Shown: positions 20,098-29,099 of the stretch, one piece after another
Numbering within the stretch: position 1 is the first letter of the stretch
Layout of the letters: the number at the start of each line of letters is the position of its first letter
From: Edaphobacter sp.
GTDB taxonomy: Bacteria; Acidobacteriota; Terriglobia; Terriglobales; Acidobacteriaceae
Assembly (NCBI GenBank): GCA_035317185.1
Contig: DATHHN010000048.1
Location: 27,194-91,193 of the forward strand
DNA: 64,000 nt
Direction: 5' to 3'
Made by a program: the position numbers and the translations under genes
The notes under the pieces: generated by a model
Databases searched by the model: none
What the model was told of the DNA's origin: nothing
What the model saw: the letters and a program-made list of their open reading frames with translations, nothing else

Positions 20098-20409
20098 TCA
20101 AAGTTTCATCAGGTTGACCTGATCGACGTTCAGGGTCTGGCGTGTGCGGAAGATGGAGATGATGATGGCCAGGCCGACCGCGGCTTCCGCTGCGGCTACG
20201 ACCATGACGAAGAAGACGAAGATCTGTCCCGAGACCTGGTGCCACATGTGCGCGAATGCGACGAAGGTCAGATTGACGGCGTTGAGCATGAGCTCGATGG
20301 ACATGAAAACGGTGACGATGTTGCGCTTGATGAGGAACGACGCGACGCCGACGGAGAAGAGGATCGCGGCGAGGATGAGGTACCAGGCGATGGGAACGGC
20401 TGCGTTCAT
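20098..20409 (-). CDS. nuoK: NADH-quinone oxidoreductase subunit K
   Basis: [23 protein letters not shown]. Confidence 0.98.
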   Translation of the reverse strand: MNAAVPIAWYLILAAILFSVGVASFLIKRNIVTVFMSIELMLNAVNLTFVAFAHMWHQVSGQIFVFFVMVVAAAEAAVGLAIIISIFRTRQTLNVDQVNLMKL

Positions 20410-20415
20410 AAGGGG

Positions 20416-20922
20416 CTACTGCTCCTTTCGCGCGAGCACGACGGCTCCGAGGATGGCTATGAGGATCAGGATTGAGGTGACCTCGAAGGGGAGAAGAAGC
20501 TTCGTGAAGAGGACAGCGCTGAGCTCGGATATGTTGCTGACGGCGTGGTTCAGGTGGCCGCCGAGGTTAGCAGTCCCGAGAGCTTTGCCTTCGGAGAGGA
20601 AGACGAAGCTGAGCAGGCAGAATATGGCGGCGGCTCCGGGAACTCCGGCGATGTAGGCGGCTCGGCTGCCGGTGGTTCGTTCTTCTTCGCCGGCGTTGAG
20701 CAGCATGATGATGAAGACGAAGAGCACCATGATGGCGCCGGAGTAGACGATGACCTGAGCGGCGGCGAGGAACTCCGCGCCGAGCGACCAGTAGAGGACG
20801 GCCAGCGACATCATGACGACGACCAGCGAGAGGGCGCTGTTGATGGGGTGCTTCTGGAACAGGAAGTTGAGTGCTCCTGCGACCGCCAGCGCGCCAAAGA
20901 TGATGAAGAGTGCCAGTTGCAT
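20416..20922 (-). CDS. nuoJ: NADH-quinone oxidoreductase subunit J
   Basis: AEFLAAAQVIVYSGAIMVLFVFIIML, LPFEVTSILIL. Confidence 0.97.
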   Translation of the reverse strand: MQLALFIIFGALAVAGALNFLFQKHPINSALSLVVVMMSLAVLYWSLGAEFLAAAQVIVYSGAIMVLFVFIIMLLNAGEEERTTGSRAAYIAGVPGAAAIFCLLSFVFLSEGKALGTANLGGHLNHAVSNISELSAVLFTKLLLPFEVTSILILIAILGAVVLARKEQ

Positions 20923-21011
20923 GATGATCCGATGAGTCCTTCTTCGATCTCGTTTGAAACGGAGCAGATGTTACGGGCTATCTGCTGATTGTAAAACAGC
21001 TTGCCGCAAGG

Positions 21012-22082
21012 CTAGCCGCGTAAAGCATAGATGAGGCTGGTGACGATGATATTGGCCATGGACAACGGAAGTAGGAACTTCCAACCGAAGGACATGAGCT
21101 GGTCATAACGGAAACGGGGAACGGTGCCGCGAACCCAGATGTAGAGCAGAAGGAACGCGAAGACTTTGACGACGAACCAGAAGATGGGCAGGATGGCCTG
21201 CACAATGGGGCCACCGATGGCGGGGAAGAGATTGCCAAAGGGACTGGACGCTCCGCCGAAGAAGAGAAGGGTCGCGACACAGCTTACGGTGATCATGTTG
21301 GCGTACTCGGCCATGAAGAACATGGCGAACTTCATGGAGCTGTACTCGGTGTGGTAACCGGCGATGAGCTCGGACTCGGCCTCGGGGAGGTCGAAGGGGG
21401 CGCGGTTGGTCTCGGCGTAGGCGGCGAGGAGATAAACGAAGAAGGCGACGAACTGGAAGCCGCCGAAGACGTTCCAGGAGAGTGCTCCGTGGGCGGATTG
21501 GCTGTTGACGATGTCGCGCAGGCTGAGGGATTGGGCGCGAAGGACTACACCGACTAGAGACAGGCCGAGGGCGAGCTCGTAGCTGATCATCTGCGAGGTG
21601 GCGCGGAGCGAGCCGAGGAGAGCGAACTTGTTGTTCGAAGACCAGCCGGAGAGCGCGATGCCGTAGACGCCGATGGAGGTGATGCCGAGGATGACAAGCA
21701 GGCCGATGTTGAGATCGGCTATGTTGAAGATGTCGACGGCGACACCGTTGACGACGACGTGCTGGACCTGGCCGAAGGGAACGACGGCGATAGAAATAAG
21801 CGAGCAGGTGAGCGCGATGATGGGCGCGATGATGAAGAGCGGGCGCTCGGCGGCGAAGGGGAGCAGGTCTTCTTTGAGGAAGAGCTTGGCGCCGTCGGCG
21901 AGGGGCTGTAGCAGGCCGAAGGGGCCGACGCGTGAGGGGCCCCAGCGGTTCTGGATGCGGCCGAGGACCTTGCGCTCCAGCAGCACCGTGTAGGCGACTG
22001 CTGTCAGAGTGATGACGAGGACGACTACGATCTTGAGAATGCTGAGCAGCAGAAATGTCTGGAATGGAGTGAGGTGGCTCAT
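21012..22082 (-). CDS. nuoH: NADH-quinone oxidoreductase subunit H
   Basis: ERKVLGRIQNRWGP, QPLADGAKLFLKE, AETNRAPFDLPEAESEL, PRFRYDQLM. Confidence 0.98.
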   Translation of the reverse strand: MSHLTPFQTFLLLSILKIVVVLVITLTAVAYTVLLERKVLGRIQNRWGPSRVGPFGLLQPLADGAKLFLKEDLLPFAAERPLFIIAPIIALTCSLISIAVVPFGQVQHVVVNGVAVDIFNIADLNIGLLVILGITSIGVYGIALSGWSSNNKFALLGSLRATSQMISYELALGLSLVGVVLRAQSLSLRDIVNSQSAHGALSWNVFGGFQFVAFFVYLLAAYAETNRAPFDLPEAESELIAGYHTEYSSMKFAMFFMAEYANMITVSCVATLLFFGGASSPFGNLFPAIGGPIVQAILPIFWFVVKVFAFLLLYIWVRGTVPRFRYDQLMSFGWKFLLPLSMANIIVTSLIYALRG

Positions 22083-22154
22083 TCGGTTTTAGCTTCTGGC
22101 TCCTGGCTCTTGAATCTGAAATCTATTGGTTGCTTTCGGTTGAGCTGCGTTTGA

Positions 22155-24548
22155 TCAATCGCCGGTGGCCTGGATCTGAATCAAGGGTTCGTTTGCTTGG
22201 AACTGCTGCACATCGTTCAGCATGGGTGAGTATCGACCGAGCGTGCCGGAGGTGAAGAGGGTGTCGTTTGCCGGAAGCACGAGGTCGCGGCGGCTGGTGA
22301 TTTGTACGAGTTCTGCGGGTGCGGCGGGATCGAGGTGCTGGTCGTTGCCGCTGAGGAGCTGGAGACGGAGGAGGTTGTAGCCGGGGACGAGGCGTTGGAT
22401 CTCGTCAAGGATGGCCCATGGATCGAAGGGGCTGAGCTTGGGCTCCAGATTGTTTGCGGTGAGCCAAACGGCGTGGCGGTCGGCTTCGCCGGATTGCGCG
22501 CCGCGTGACTGGCCCATGTCGGCGCGGGTGCCTTTGCCGAAGGGGACAAGTTCGGAGATGTTTGCGCCCATCCTGTCGGCGATGCGGACGATCATTTCGA
22601 AGTCAGTGCGGACGCCGGCGCGGTCTCCGGCTTTGTTGACCTGCTGGAGATCGCCGTAGCTATTGGTGACGGAGCCGGACTTCTCGTAGAGGTTCGCGGC
22701 GGGGAGGATGACGTCGGCGAGGGCGGCGGTCTCGGTGAGGAACATGTCCTGTACGACGACGAAGGTGTTCTTCAGGGCTGCGGGATCGACGCTGTAGCGG
22801 GCGACAGGGTTGGAGCCGACGACGTAGAGAGCGGAGAGTTCACCGCGACCGGCTGCTTCGAAGATTTCGAGCATGTCGAGTCCGGGAGTGGCGGGGGCGT
22901 TGTACTCGGCGAAGGTGGCTGCAGATGCGACCGGGGTGTAGCCGGGGAGCATGTCGGGGAGCAGGCCCATGTCGGCGGCGCCGTGGGCGTTGACGTAGTC
23001 GGAGAGAAGCGCGAACTTCCTGTTCGGCAAGGTAAGACCGAAGGCAAGAAGGCGCTTCAGGTCTGCGCCGCGAATCTCGGAGCCGATGAGGACGACGAGG
23101 CTCTCTTCGGCACGGACGGTTTCGCGGAAGTTATGGAAGGAAGCTGCGTCTGCGCCGGAGTGTGTCAGAGTATCGACGGCGGTGTCGTCTCCGGTGAGGA
23201 AGCTGGCGAGTGCGCCGTAGCTGAAGGGAGCGATGTGCGCGAAGGCGTGAGCCTGGCGGCGAAGTTTGATCTCTTCGGAGTTGGCGACGTAGAGACGTGC
23301 ACGATTAATGCGGACGTTGGTGCGAATGTTCCATGCGGTGCCCGGGGCTTGGTTGGTAGGGTCGCCGCCAAGGATCATAATGGCTGGCGCGGTCTGGGTG
23401 TCGCGCAGAGAGGCGGTGCGCCCTTTGGTTCCGGCGAGGGCCTGGGCGAAGGTGACATAGTCCGCGGTGCGATGGTGGTCGATGTTGTTGGTGCCGAGGG
23501 CCGTGCGGGCGAATTTCTGGAGGAGGTAGGACTCTTCGTTCGTCGTGCGGTTGGAGCCGATGACTCCGATGGACTTGCCGCCGCGGGTGTCGCGGAGCTC
23601 CCGGAATTTTTTGCCGACGTGATCGAAGGCGTGGTCCCAGGAGACGGGCTTGAGCTCGCCATTGGGCTGGCGGACGAGAGGCTGCGTGATGCGTTCTGTG
23701 TGGTTGGCAAAGTCAAAGGCATAGCGGCCCTTGTTGCAGAGGAAGTCGCCGTTGATGCCGGACTTGTCGCGGTTGTCGCCGCGAACGATCTCGCTGCCGT
23801 CGGAGGTGGAGCGGACGCCGAGCGTGGTCTTGCAGCCATCGCCACAGTGGGTGCAGATGGTGGCAACGTGATTCATCTCCCAGGGGCGGGTCTTGTAGCG
23901 ATAGGTGCCGGAGGTGAGAGCGCCTACGGGGCAGGCATCGATGCACATGCCGCACTGCTCGCAGTCGACGTGGGCGAGGTCGTCGGGGCTTTGAGCGGCC
24001 GGAATATTCGGTGCAATGACGCTCGAGCTGCCGCGGTTCTGGATGCCGAGAGCGAAGACATCCATACCTTCGCCGCACATGCGCACGCAGCGGTAGCAGA
24101 GGATGCAGCGGGGGCGGTCGAAGTAGACGACGGGTGACCACTTCTGCTCTTCGCGGTGGTTCTTGGGCTCGGCGTAGAAGCTGTCGGCGGCGCCATACTT
24201 GAAGGTCATGTCCTGCAGCTCGCACTCTCCGCCGGCATCGCAGACGGGGCAGTCGAGCGGGTGGTTGCCGAGGAGAAGTTGCAGGGTGGCCTTGCGGGCC
24301 TGAGCGATCTCGGGGGTCTCGGTCTGGACGACCATGCCTTCGGCGACCGGTGTGGTGCAGGCGGTCTGGAGCTTCGGCATCTTCTCGATGCGGACGACGC
24401 ACATACGGCAGGCTGCCTGGAGCGAGAGGCCGGGGTAGTAACAGAAGGCCGGGATCTCGATGCCGGAGGACTTGCAGGCGTCGATGAGCAGGGTGCCGGC
24501 GGGTGCGGTGAGTTTCTTGCCGTCTACGATGAAATTTACGTCTGGCAT
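22155..24548 (-). CDS. nuoG: NADH-quinone oxidoreductase subunit G
   Basis: FCYY..ACRMC, NHPLDCPVCDAGGECELQ, RCILCYRCVRMC, CGMCIDACPVGAL and CTHCGDGC...C (N7-type cluster). Confidence 0.97.
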   Translation of the reverse strand: MPDVNFIVDGKKLTAPAGTLLIDACKSSGIEIPAFCYYPGLSLQAACRMCVVRIEKMPKLQTACTTPVAEGMVVQTETPEIAQARKATLQLLLGNHPLDCPVCDAGGECELQDMTFKYGAADSFYAEPKNHREEQKWSPVVYFDRPRCILCYRCVRMCGEGMDVFALGIQNRGSSSVIAPNIPAAQSPDDLAHVDCEQCGMCIDACPVGALTSGTYRYKTRPWEMNHVATICTHCGDGCKTTLGVRSTSDGSEIVRGDNRDKSGINGDFLCNKGRYAFDFANHTERITQPLVRQPNGELKPVSWDHAFDHVGKKFRELRDTRGGKSIGVIGSNRTTNEESYLLQKFARTALGTNNIDHHRTADYVTFAQALAGTKGRTASLRDTQTAPAIMILGGDPTNQAPGTAWNIRTNVRINRARLYVANSEEIKLRRQAHAFAHIAPFSYGALASFLTGDDTAVDTLTHSGADAASFHNFRETVRAEESLVVLIGSEIRGADLKRLLAFGLTLPNRKFALLSDYVNAHGAADMGLLPDMLPGYTPVASAATFAEYNAPATPGLDMLEIFEAAGRGELSALYVVGSNPVARYSVDPAALKNTFVVVQDMFLTETAALADVILPAANLYEKSGSVTNSYGDLQQVNKAGDRAGVRTDFEMIVRIADRMGANISELVPFGKGTRADMGQSRGAQSGEADRHAVWLTANNLEPKLSPFDPWAILDEIQRLVPGYNLLRLQLLSGNDQHLDPAAPAELVQITSRRDLVLPANDTLFTSGTLGRYSPMLNDVQQFQANEPLIQIQATGD

Positions 24549-24551
24549 GGT

Positions 24552-25880
24552 TTAATGTGCTCCAACGAGCTGCTCAACGGTGATGATGGGGGTTCCGGCC
24601 TTGCGGCCTTCGATGTAGTCTTCGAATTCTTTGCGGAACTTCTTAACGAAGCCGAGGGTGGGCATGGCTGCGGCGTCGCCGAGCGGGCAAAAGGTGCGGC
24701 CCATCATGTTTTCGGCGAGGTACTGAACGTTGTCGATGTCTTTTTTGGAGCCGCCGCCTGCGTGGACGCGGGTGAGGGTCTTCTTGATCCAGTCCGTGCC
24801 TTCGCGGCAGGGAATGCACCAACCGCAGGATTCGTGCTGGTAGAAGGCGATGGTGCGGAGGGCGAATTCGACGATGGAGACGGTCTCGTCCAACACGACG
24901 ATGCCGCCCGAGCCGAGCATGGTGCCAGCTTTGCCCATCTGGTCGAAGTCGAGGCCTACGTCGATCTCGTCGGCGGTGAGGACGGGGCAGGAAGAGCCGC
25001 CGGGGACGACTGCTTTGAGCTTCTTGCCGTCCTTGATGCCGCCGGCTACGTCGTAGATTGCCTTGCGGAGCGAGTAGCCCATGGGTAGCTCGTAGACGCC
25101 GGGGCGCTCGACGTGACCGCTGATGCCGAAGAGACGTGTGCCGCCGTTGCGCTCGGTGCCGAGCTTGGCATAGGCCTCGCCGCCCATGAGAAGGATGTGC
25201 GGGGCGTTTGCGATGGTCTCGGCGTTGTTGATAACGGTGGGGCCACCGTAGAGGCCGACGACAGCAGGGAAGGGTGGCTTGATGCGAGGGACGCCGCGCT
25301 TGCCTTCGAGCGACTCCATGAGGGCGGACTCTTCGCCGACCTCGTAGGCTCCGGCTCCGGTCTGGGTGATGATATCGAAGTCGACGCCGGTGCCGAAGAT
25401 GTTTTTGCCGAGGAAGCCCCGGGCGTAGGCGTCGGCCACGGCCTTTTCGACGATCTTGAGGAGGTAGCGGTACTCGCCGCGCAGGTAGATGAAACCGAGC
25501 TTGGAGCCGATGGCGAGGCCGGCGATCATGGTGCCTTCGATGACGGCGTGCGGGTCTTCGAGGAAGATGACATGGTCTTTGCAGGTTCCGGGCTCGGACT
25601 CGTCGCCATTGACCAGGACGTACTTGGGCTTTTCGCTGACTTTAGGAACGAAGGACCACTTCATGCCGGTGGGGAAGCCGGCTCCGCCACGTCCGCGAAG
25701 GCCGCTGGCCTTCATGGTGTCGATGATCCAGGCGGACATCTTCTCCGGGCCTTCGGCGAGCGCCTGCTGGACGGCTTTGTAGCCATCGAGTTCGATGTAC
25801 TTATCGATGTTGGCTGCACCCATGCCGAAGCGGCGGGAGATTACTTTGACTTCATCTGGATGAGAGACGAGGGTAGGCAT
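24552..25880 (-). CDS. nuoF: NADH-quinone oxidoreductase subunit F
   Basis: GLRGRGGAGFPTGMKW, NGDESEPGT, GAYEVGEESAL, HESCGWCIPCREG, FCPLGD. Confidence 0.98.
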   Translation of the reverse strand: MPTLVSHPDEVKVISRRFGMGAANIDKYIELDGYKAVQQALAEGPEKMSAWIIDTMKASGLRGRGGAGFPTGMKWSFVPKVSEKPKYVLVNGDESEPGTCKDHVIFLEDPHAVIEGTMIAGLAIGSKLGFIYLRGEYRYLLKIVEKAVADAYARGFLGKNIFGTGVDFDIITQTGAGAYEVGEESALMESLEGKRGVPRIKPPFPAVVGLYGGPTVINNAETIANAPHILLMGGEAYAKLGTERNGGTRLFGISGHVERPGVYELPMGYSLRKAIYDVAGGIKDGKKLKAVVPGGSSCPVLTADEIDVGLDFDQMGKAGTMLGSGGIVVLDETVSIVEFALRTIAFYQHESCGWCIPCREGTDWIKKTLTRVHAGGGSKKDIDNVQYLAENMMGRTFCPLGDAAAMPTLGFVKKFRKEFEDYIEGRKAGTPIITVEQLVGAH

Positions 25881-26390
25881 CTACTTCACGTCCTTTCCCT
25901 GGCCGTTGCGGTAGGTTTCGAGGATCTCGTCGACCTTGATGGTGGTGAGGTTGTCGTGGAAGTCGTAGTTGACCTGCATGGCGGGAGCCCAGCAACAGGC
26001 GCCGATGCACTCTACTTCTTCCAGAGAGAACGTGCCGTCTTTTGTGGTTTCCTTATGGCCGATTCCGAGCTTGGCCTTGCAGTGGTCGAGGATCTCGTAG
26101 CCGCCGCGCAGCATGCAGGAGATGTTGGTACAAACCTGCAGGTTGTACTTGCCCGCGGGCTTGGTGCGCAGCATGGAGTAGTACGAAAGCACGTTGCGTA
26201 CGTCCAATTCCAGAATACCGATGCGCTGTGCGATCTCGGTGACGACGGCGTCGGAGACGTAGCCGACCTCATCCTGCGCGTAGAGCAGCATGGGCACGAG
26301 CGCCGAGCGCTTGAGCGGGTAGATCGTTACGAGATGGTCGAAGCGGGCGGCCAGCTCCGGGGAGAAGATCGTATTGGCTGTTGTGCTCAT
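25881..26390 (-). CDS. nuoE: NADH-quinone oxidoreductase subunit E
   Basis: VCTNISCMLRG and VECIGACCWAP (2Fe-2S); ATG 26390 with SD GAGGA. Confidence 0.97.
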   Translation of the reverse strand: MSTTANTIFSPELAARFDHLVTIYPLKRSALVPMLLYAQDEVGYVSDAVVTEIAQRIGILELDVRNVLSYYSMLRTKPAGKYNLQVCTNISCMLRGGYEILDHCKAKLGIGHKETTKDGTFSLEEVECIGACCWAPAMQVNYDFHDNLTTIKVDEILETYRNGQGKDVK

Positions 26391-26417
26391 GCGTAAGATC
26401 CTCGGCAGCAAGGTGAA

Positions 26418-26450
26418 GCAGATTCCTCCGCTACGCTGCGGAATGACAAC
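26418..26450. repeat. REP-like palindrome (GATGAC/AATGAC-ended family)
   Basis: GCAGATTCCTCCGCTACGCTGCGGAATGACAAC; same ends as the 17951 element. Confidence 0.7.
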
Positions 26451-26459
26451 AAAAAAACA

Positions 26460-26759
26460 TCACTCACTATGCATCATCTCCCGCGCCAGTTTTTCGGCGG
26501 CAAGGTCCATCTCTTCGGCGATACCGTTCAGTTTAACAGTTCCGTCTTCCTGGAGGCTGAAGCCGGTCTGATTACCTTCACTATCTTGAAGCGTCTCGTG
26601 CGTGAAGCGAAGCCAGCGGCTTGCTACGCGGAGGGTGATTTCATCTGCGCCGACCTCGACGACTGCATGATGCCGGCTGTTGAGTCCGTGGGCGGCGGCG
26701 TAGGAGCGAAGCAGCGATGCCCAGGAGGTCCAAAGCTCTCGGTGGAGTTTCGTGTCCAA
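26460..26759 (-). CDS. Hypothetical 99-aa protein inside the nuo operon
   Basis: Co-oriented with nuo, SD GAGG before TTG 26759, protein-like composition (WTSWASLLRSYAAAHG). Confidence 0.7.
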   Translation of the reverse strand: MDTKLHRELWTSWASLLRSYAAAHGLNSRHHAVVEVGADEITLRVASRWLRFTHETLQDSEGNQTGFSLQEDGTVKLNGIAEEMDLAAEKLAREMMHSE

Positions 26760-26769
26760 CCGTTACCTC

Positions 26770-26826
26770 AGGGGCTAAAGCCCCTTTCTGATTTCAACTT
26801 CTTCGGCACGGGCTGAAGCCGTGCCC
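26770..26826. repeat. Paired REP-like palindromes (GGGCTAAAGCCC family)
   Basis: AGGGGCTAAAGCCCCT (26770-26785) and GGCACGGGCTGAAGCCGTGCCC (26805-26826). Confidence 0.75.
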
Positions 26827-26876
26827 TTAAGCAAAACGAAGAACAAAAAAACGAAGACGAAATATGGCTGATACTT

Positions 26877-28136
26877 TTAGCGGTCGATCTCTCCTAAGAC
26901 GATATCGATCGATCCGATGACAGCGACGACATCGGCGAGGAGGCGACCCTTGCACATGGTTTCGAGTGCCTGCAGGGTCGCGTAGGACGGGTTGCGCATG
27001 TGGACGCGGTACGGTTTGGCGGTGCCGTCGGAGACGACGTAGTAGCCCATCTCGCCGCGAGGTGATTCGACGGCCTGGAAGACCTCTCCTGCGGGAACAG
27101 CGAAGCCTTCGGTGACGATTTTGAAGTGATGGATGAGGGATTCCATCTGGGTCTTCATCTGTTCGCGGTCGGGCAGGACGATCTTGGGGGCGTCGGCTAC
27201 GATGCGGCCTTCGGGCAGACCATCGAGCGCCTGCTGGCAGATCTTGACCGACTGGCGCATCTCCTCGATTCGGACGACGTAGCGCGCCCAGACATCGCCT
27301 ACATCGGAGACGGGGACCTTGAACTCGAACTTCTCGTAGCCCGAGTAGGGCATGTCGCGGCGAAGGTCCCAGTCGACGCCCGAGGCGCGCAAAGGCGGTC
27401 CGGTGACGCCAAGAGCGATGGCGTCTGCGGCTGAGAGATAGCCCACTCCCTTGAGGCGATTCATCCAGATTGGATTGCCAGTGAGGAGGTTTTCATACTG
27501 GTCGATGCGCGCTGGCATCATGTTCAGGAAGTCCTGGACCTGCTTGTAGAAGTCCAGCGGCGGTTCGAGCGCGAGGCCGCCGATGCGGAAGTAGCTGGTC
27601 ATCATGCGCTGGCCCGAGACGTTCTCATAGATGCGCATGATGTCTTCACGCTCGCGCCAGCAGTAGAGGAAGATGGTAAGCGCGCCGATATCCATGGCGT
27701 GGGTGCCGAGCCAGACAAGATGCGACTGGATGCGGGTGAGTTCGTTGAGCAGGACGCGGAGATATTGGGCGCGTTCGGGAATCTCGAGGCCGAGCAACTT
27801 CTCTACTGCGAGGCAGTAGGTGAGGTTGTTGGTCATGGGGCAGAGATAGTCGACGCGGTCGGTGAGGGGGACGACCTGCTGGTAGAACTTGGCCTCGCAG
27901 GTCTTTTCAATGCCGGTGTGCAGGTAGCCGATGTCAGGAGCGAGCGAGACGACGGTTTCGCCGTCAATTTCGACTACGAGACGGAGTACGCCATGGGTCG
28001 AGGGGTGCTGCGGACCCATGTTGATGATCATGGTCTGATCGGAGGTGGGGTCGGTACCGTGGTGATTCAGTTTGGCATCAGCAACTACGTCTTCGATGCC
28101 GGGGTTGATCTGATCGGGAGCAGCGACGGGTGCCAT
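26877..28136 (-). CDS. nuoD: NADH-quinone oxidoreductase subunit D
   Basis: NMGPQHPSTHGVLRL, GYLHTGIEK, DRVDYL, ESPRGEMG, SIDIVLGEIDR. Confidence 0.98.
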   Translation of the reverse strand: MAPVAAPDQINPGIEDVVADAKLNHHGTDPTSDQTMIINMGPQHPSTHGVLRLVVEIDGETVVSLAPDIGYLHTGIEKTCEAKFYQQVVPLTDRVDYLCPMTNNLTYCLAVEKLLGLEIPERAQYLRVLLNELTRIQSHLVWLGTHAMDIGALTIFLYCWREREDIMRIYENVSGQRMMTSYFRIGGLALEPPLDFYKQVQDFLNMMPARIDQYENLLTGNPIWMNRLKGVGYLSAADAIALGVTGPPLRASGVDWDLRRDMPYSGYEKFEFKVPVSDVGDVWARYVVRIEEMRQSVKICQQALDGLPEGRIVADAPKIVLPDREQMKTQMESLIHHFKIVTEGFAVPAGEVFQAVESPRGEMGYYVVSDGTAKPYRVHMRNPSYATLQALETMCKGRLLADVVAVIGSIDIVLGEIDR

Positions 28137-28627
28137 TAGCGATAGCCCTCCACGGGGTAGTCCTTGCGTAGGGGATTCCCGTTCCAGTCTTCGGGCATCA
28201 TGATGCGGCGGAGGTTAGGATGGCCGCCGAAGTGAACACCGAAGAGATCGAAGACTTCGCGCTCGTAGAAGTTTGCTGAGGGCCAGACGGTGACGATGCT
28301 GTCGATGGAGGCGTCTTCGCTGTTGAGCCGGACGACGAGGCGTATGCGCTGCTTCAGCGAGTGCGACAGAATGTGGTAGGTGATGTAAAAGCGAGGTTCG
28401 GAGGGGTACCAGTCGACTGCGGTGACGGTCTCAAGGAAGTTGTAGCCTGCTTGCTGAAGGGCCTGACAAGCGGCGATGACGGTCTCGCGGGTGACGGTGA
28501 TGGTCAACTCGTCGCGGTCGTACTTGGCGTCGATAGCGAGCGATGAGAGCGCTTGGACGGCGGCGTTATCGGGGTGGGCCGCGAAGACGGCTTCGGTGCC
28601 GGTGAGGGCTGAGGTGGGATCGTACAT
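28136..28627 (-). CDS. nuoC: NADH-quinone oxidoreductase subunit C
   Basis: SANFYEREVFDLFGVHFGGHPNLRRIMMPEDW..PLRKDYP. Confidence 0.97.
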   Translation of the reverse strand: MYDPTSALTGTEAVFAAHPDNAAVQALSSLAIDAKYDRDELTITVTRETVIAACQALQQAGYNFLETVTAVDWYPSEPRFYITYHILSHSLKQRIRLVVRLNSEDASIDSIVTVWPSANFYEREVFDLFGVHFGGHPNLRRIMMPEDWNGNPLRKDYPVEGYR

Positions 28628-28629
28628 AA

Positions 28630-29043
28630 CTAGAGGTCTCCCTTGTCGTTGGCCCAGTCGAGGATGCCTTTCTTCCAGACATAGAAGAGGCCGACGGCGA
28701 CGAAACCGAGATAGACAATCATCTCGTAGAAGCCGAACATACGGGAGCCAGTGATGGCGGGCAGGCGGCGAAAGATAACGGCCCAGGGAAGCATGAAGAC
28801 AGCTTCCACGTCGAAGAGAATAAAGAGCATCGCGACCATATAGAAACGGACCGAGAAGCGGCCGCGGGCGTCGCCGATGGGGTCCATGCCGCTCTCGTAG
28901 GTGCTGGCTTTGGTGCGGGAGTTCTTATGTTTGCCGATGAAAAAGGAGGCGCCCACCATGCCGCATGCAAGCCCTAGGGCGACCAGAATCTGAAGCACCA
29001 GGGGAAGGTAGTTCCATATGTAGGGGTAACTTTGCATGGCCAT
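28630..29043 (-). CDS. nuoA: NADH-quinone oxidoreductase subunit A
   Basis: TYESGMDP, FYMVAMLFILFDVE, YVWKKGILDW. Confidence 0.97.
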   Translation of the reverse strand: MAMQSYPYIWNYLPLVLQILVALGLACGMVGASFFIGKHKNSRTKASTYESGMDPIGDARGRFSVRFYMVAMLFILFDVEAVFMLPWAVIFRRLPAITGSRMFGFYEMIVYLGFVAVGLFYVWKKGILDWANDKGDL

Positions 29044-29048
29044 CTTCG

Positions 29049-29077
29049 ACTCTAAGATTGCGGCTGGCAAGTGTCAA
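29049..29077 (-). promoter_or_regulatory. sigma70 promoter of the nuo operon (probably leaderless)
   Basis: TTGACA (29077-29072), 17 nt, TAGAGT (29054-29049), 5 nt, ATG 29043. Confidence 0.75.
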
Positions 29078-29099
29078 GTAAATGGCTTTGTTTGTGCGG

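Noticed and set aside
20923-21011. nuoI remnant or internal promoter in the nuoH-nuoJ gap
   Set aside because: No CxxCxxC coding trace; a TACAAT is present on the minus strand but with no convincing -35.
15126-27434. Long alternative ORFs over nuo (15126-16334, 16806-18059, 22983-24137, 24156-25088, 25113-26396)
   Set aside because: Shadow or off-frame ORFs caused by strong GC3 codon bias, with no protein motifs.
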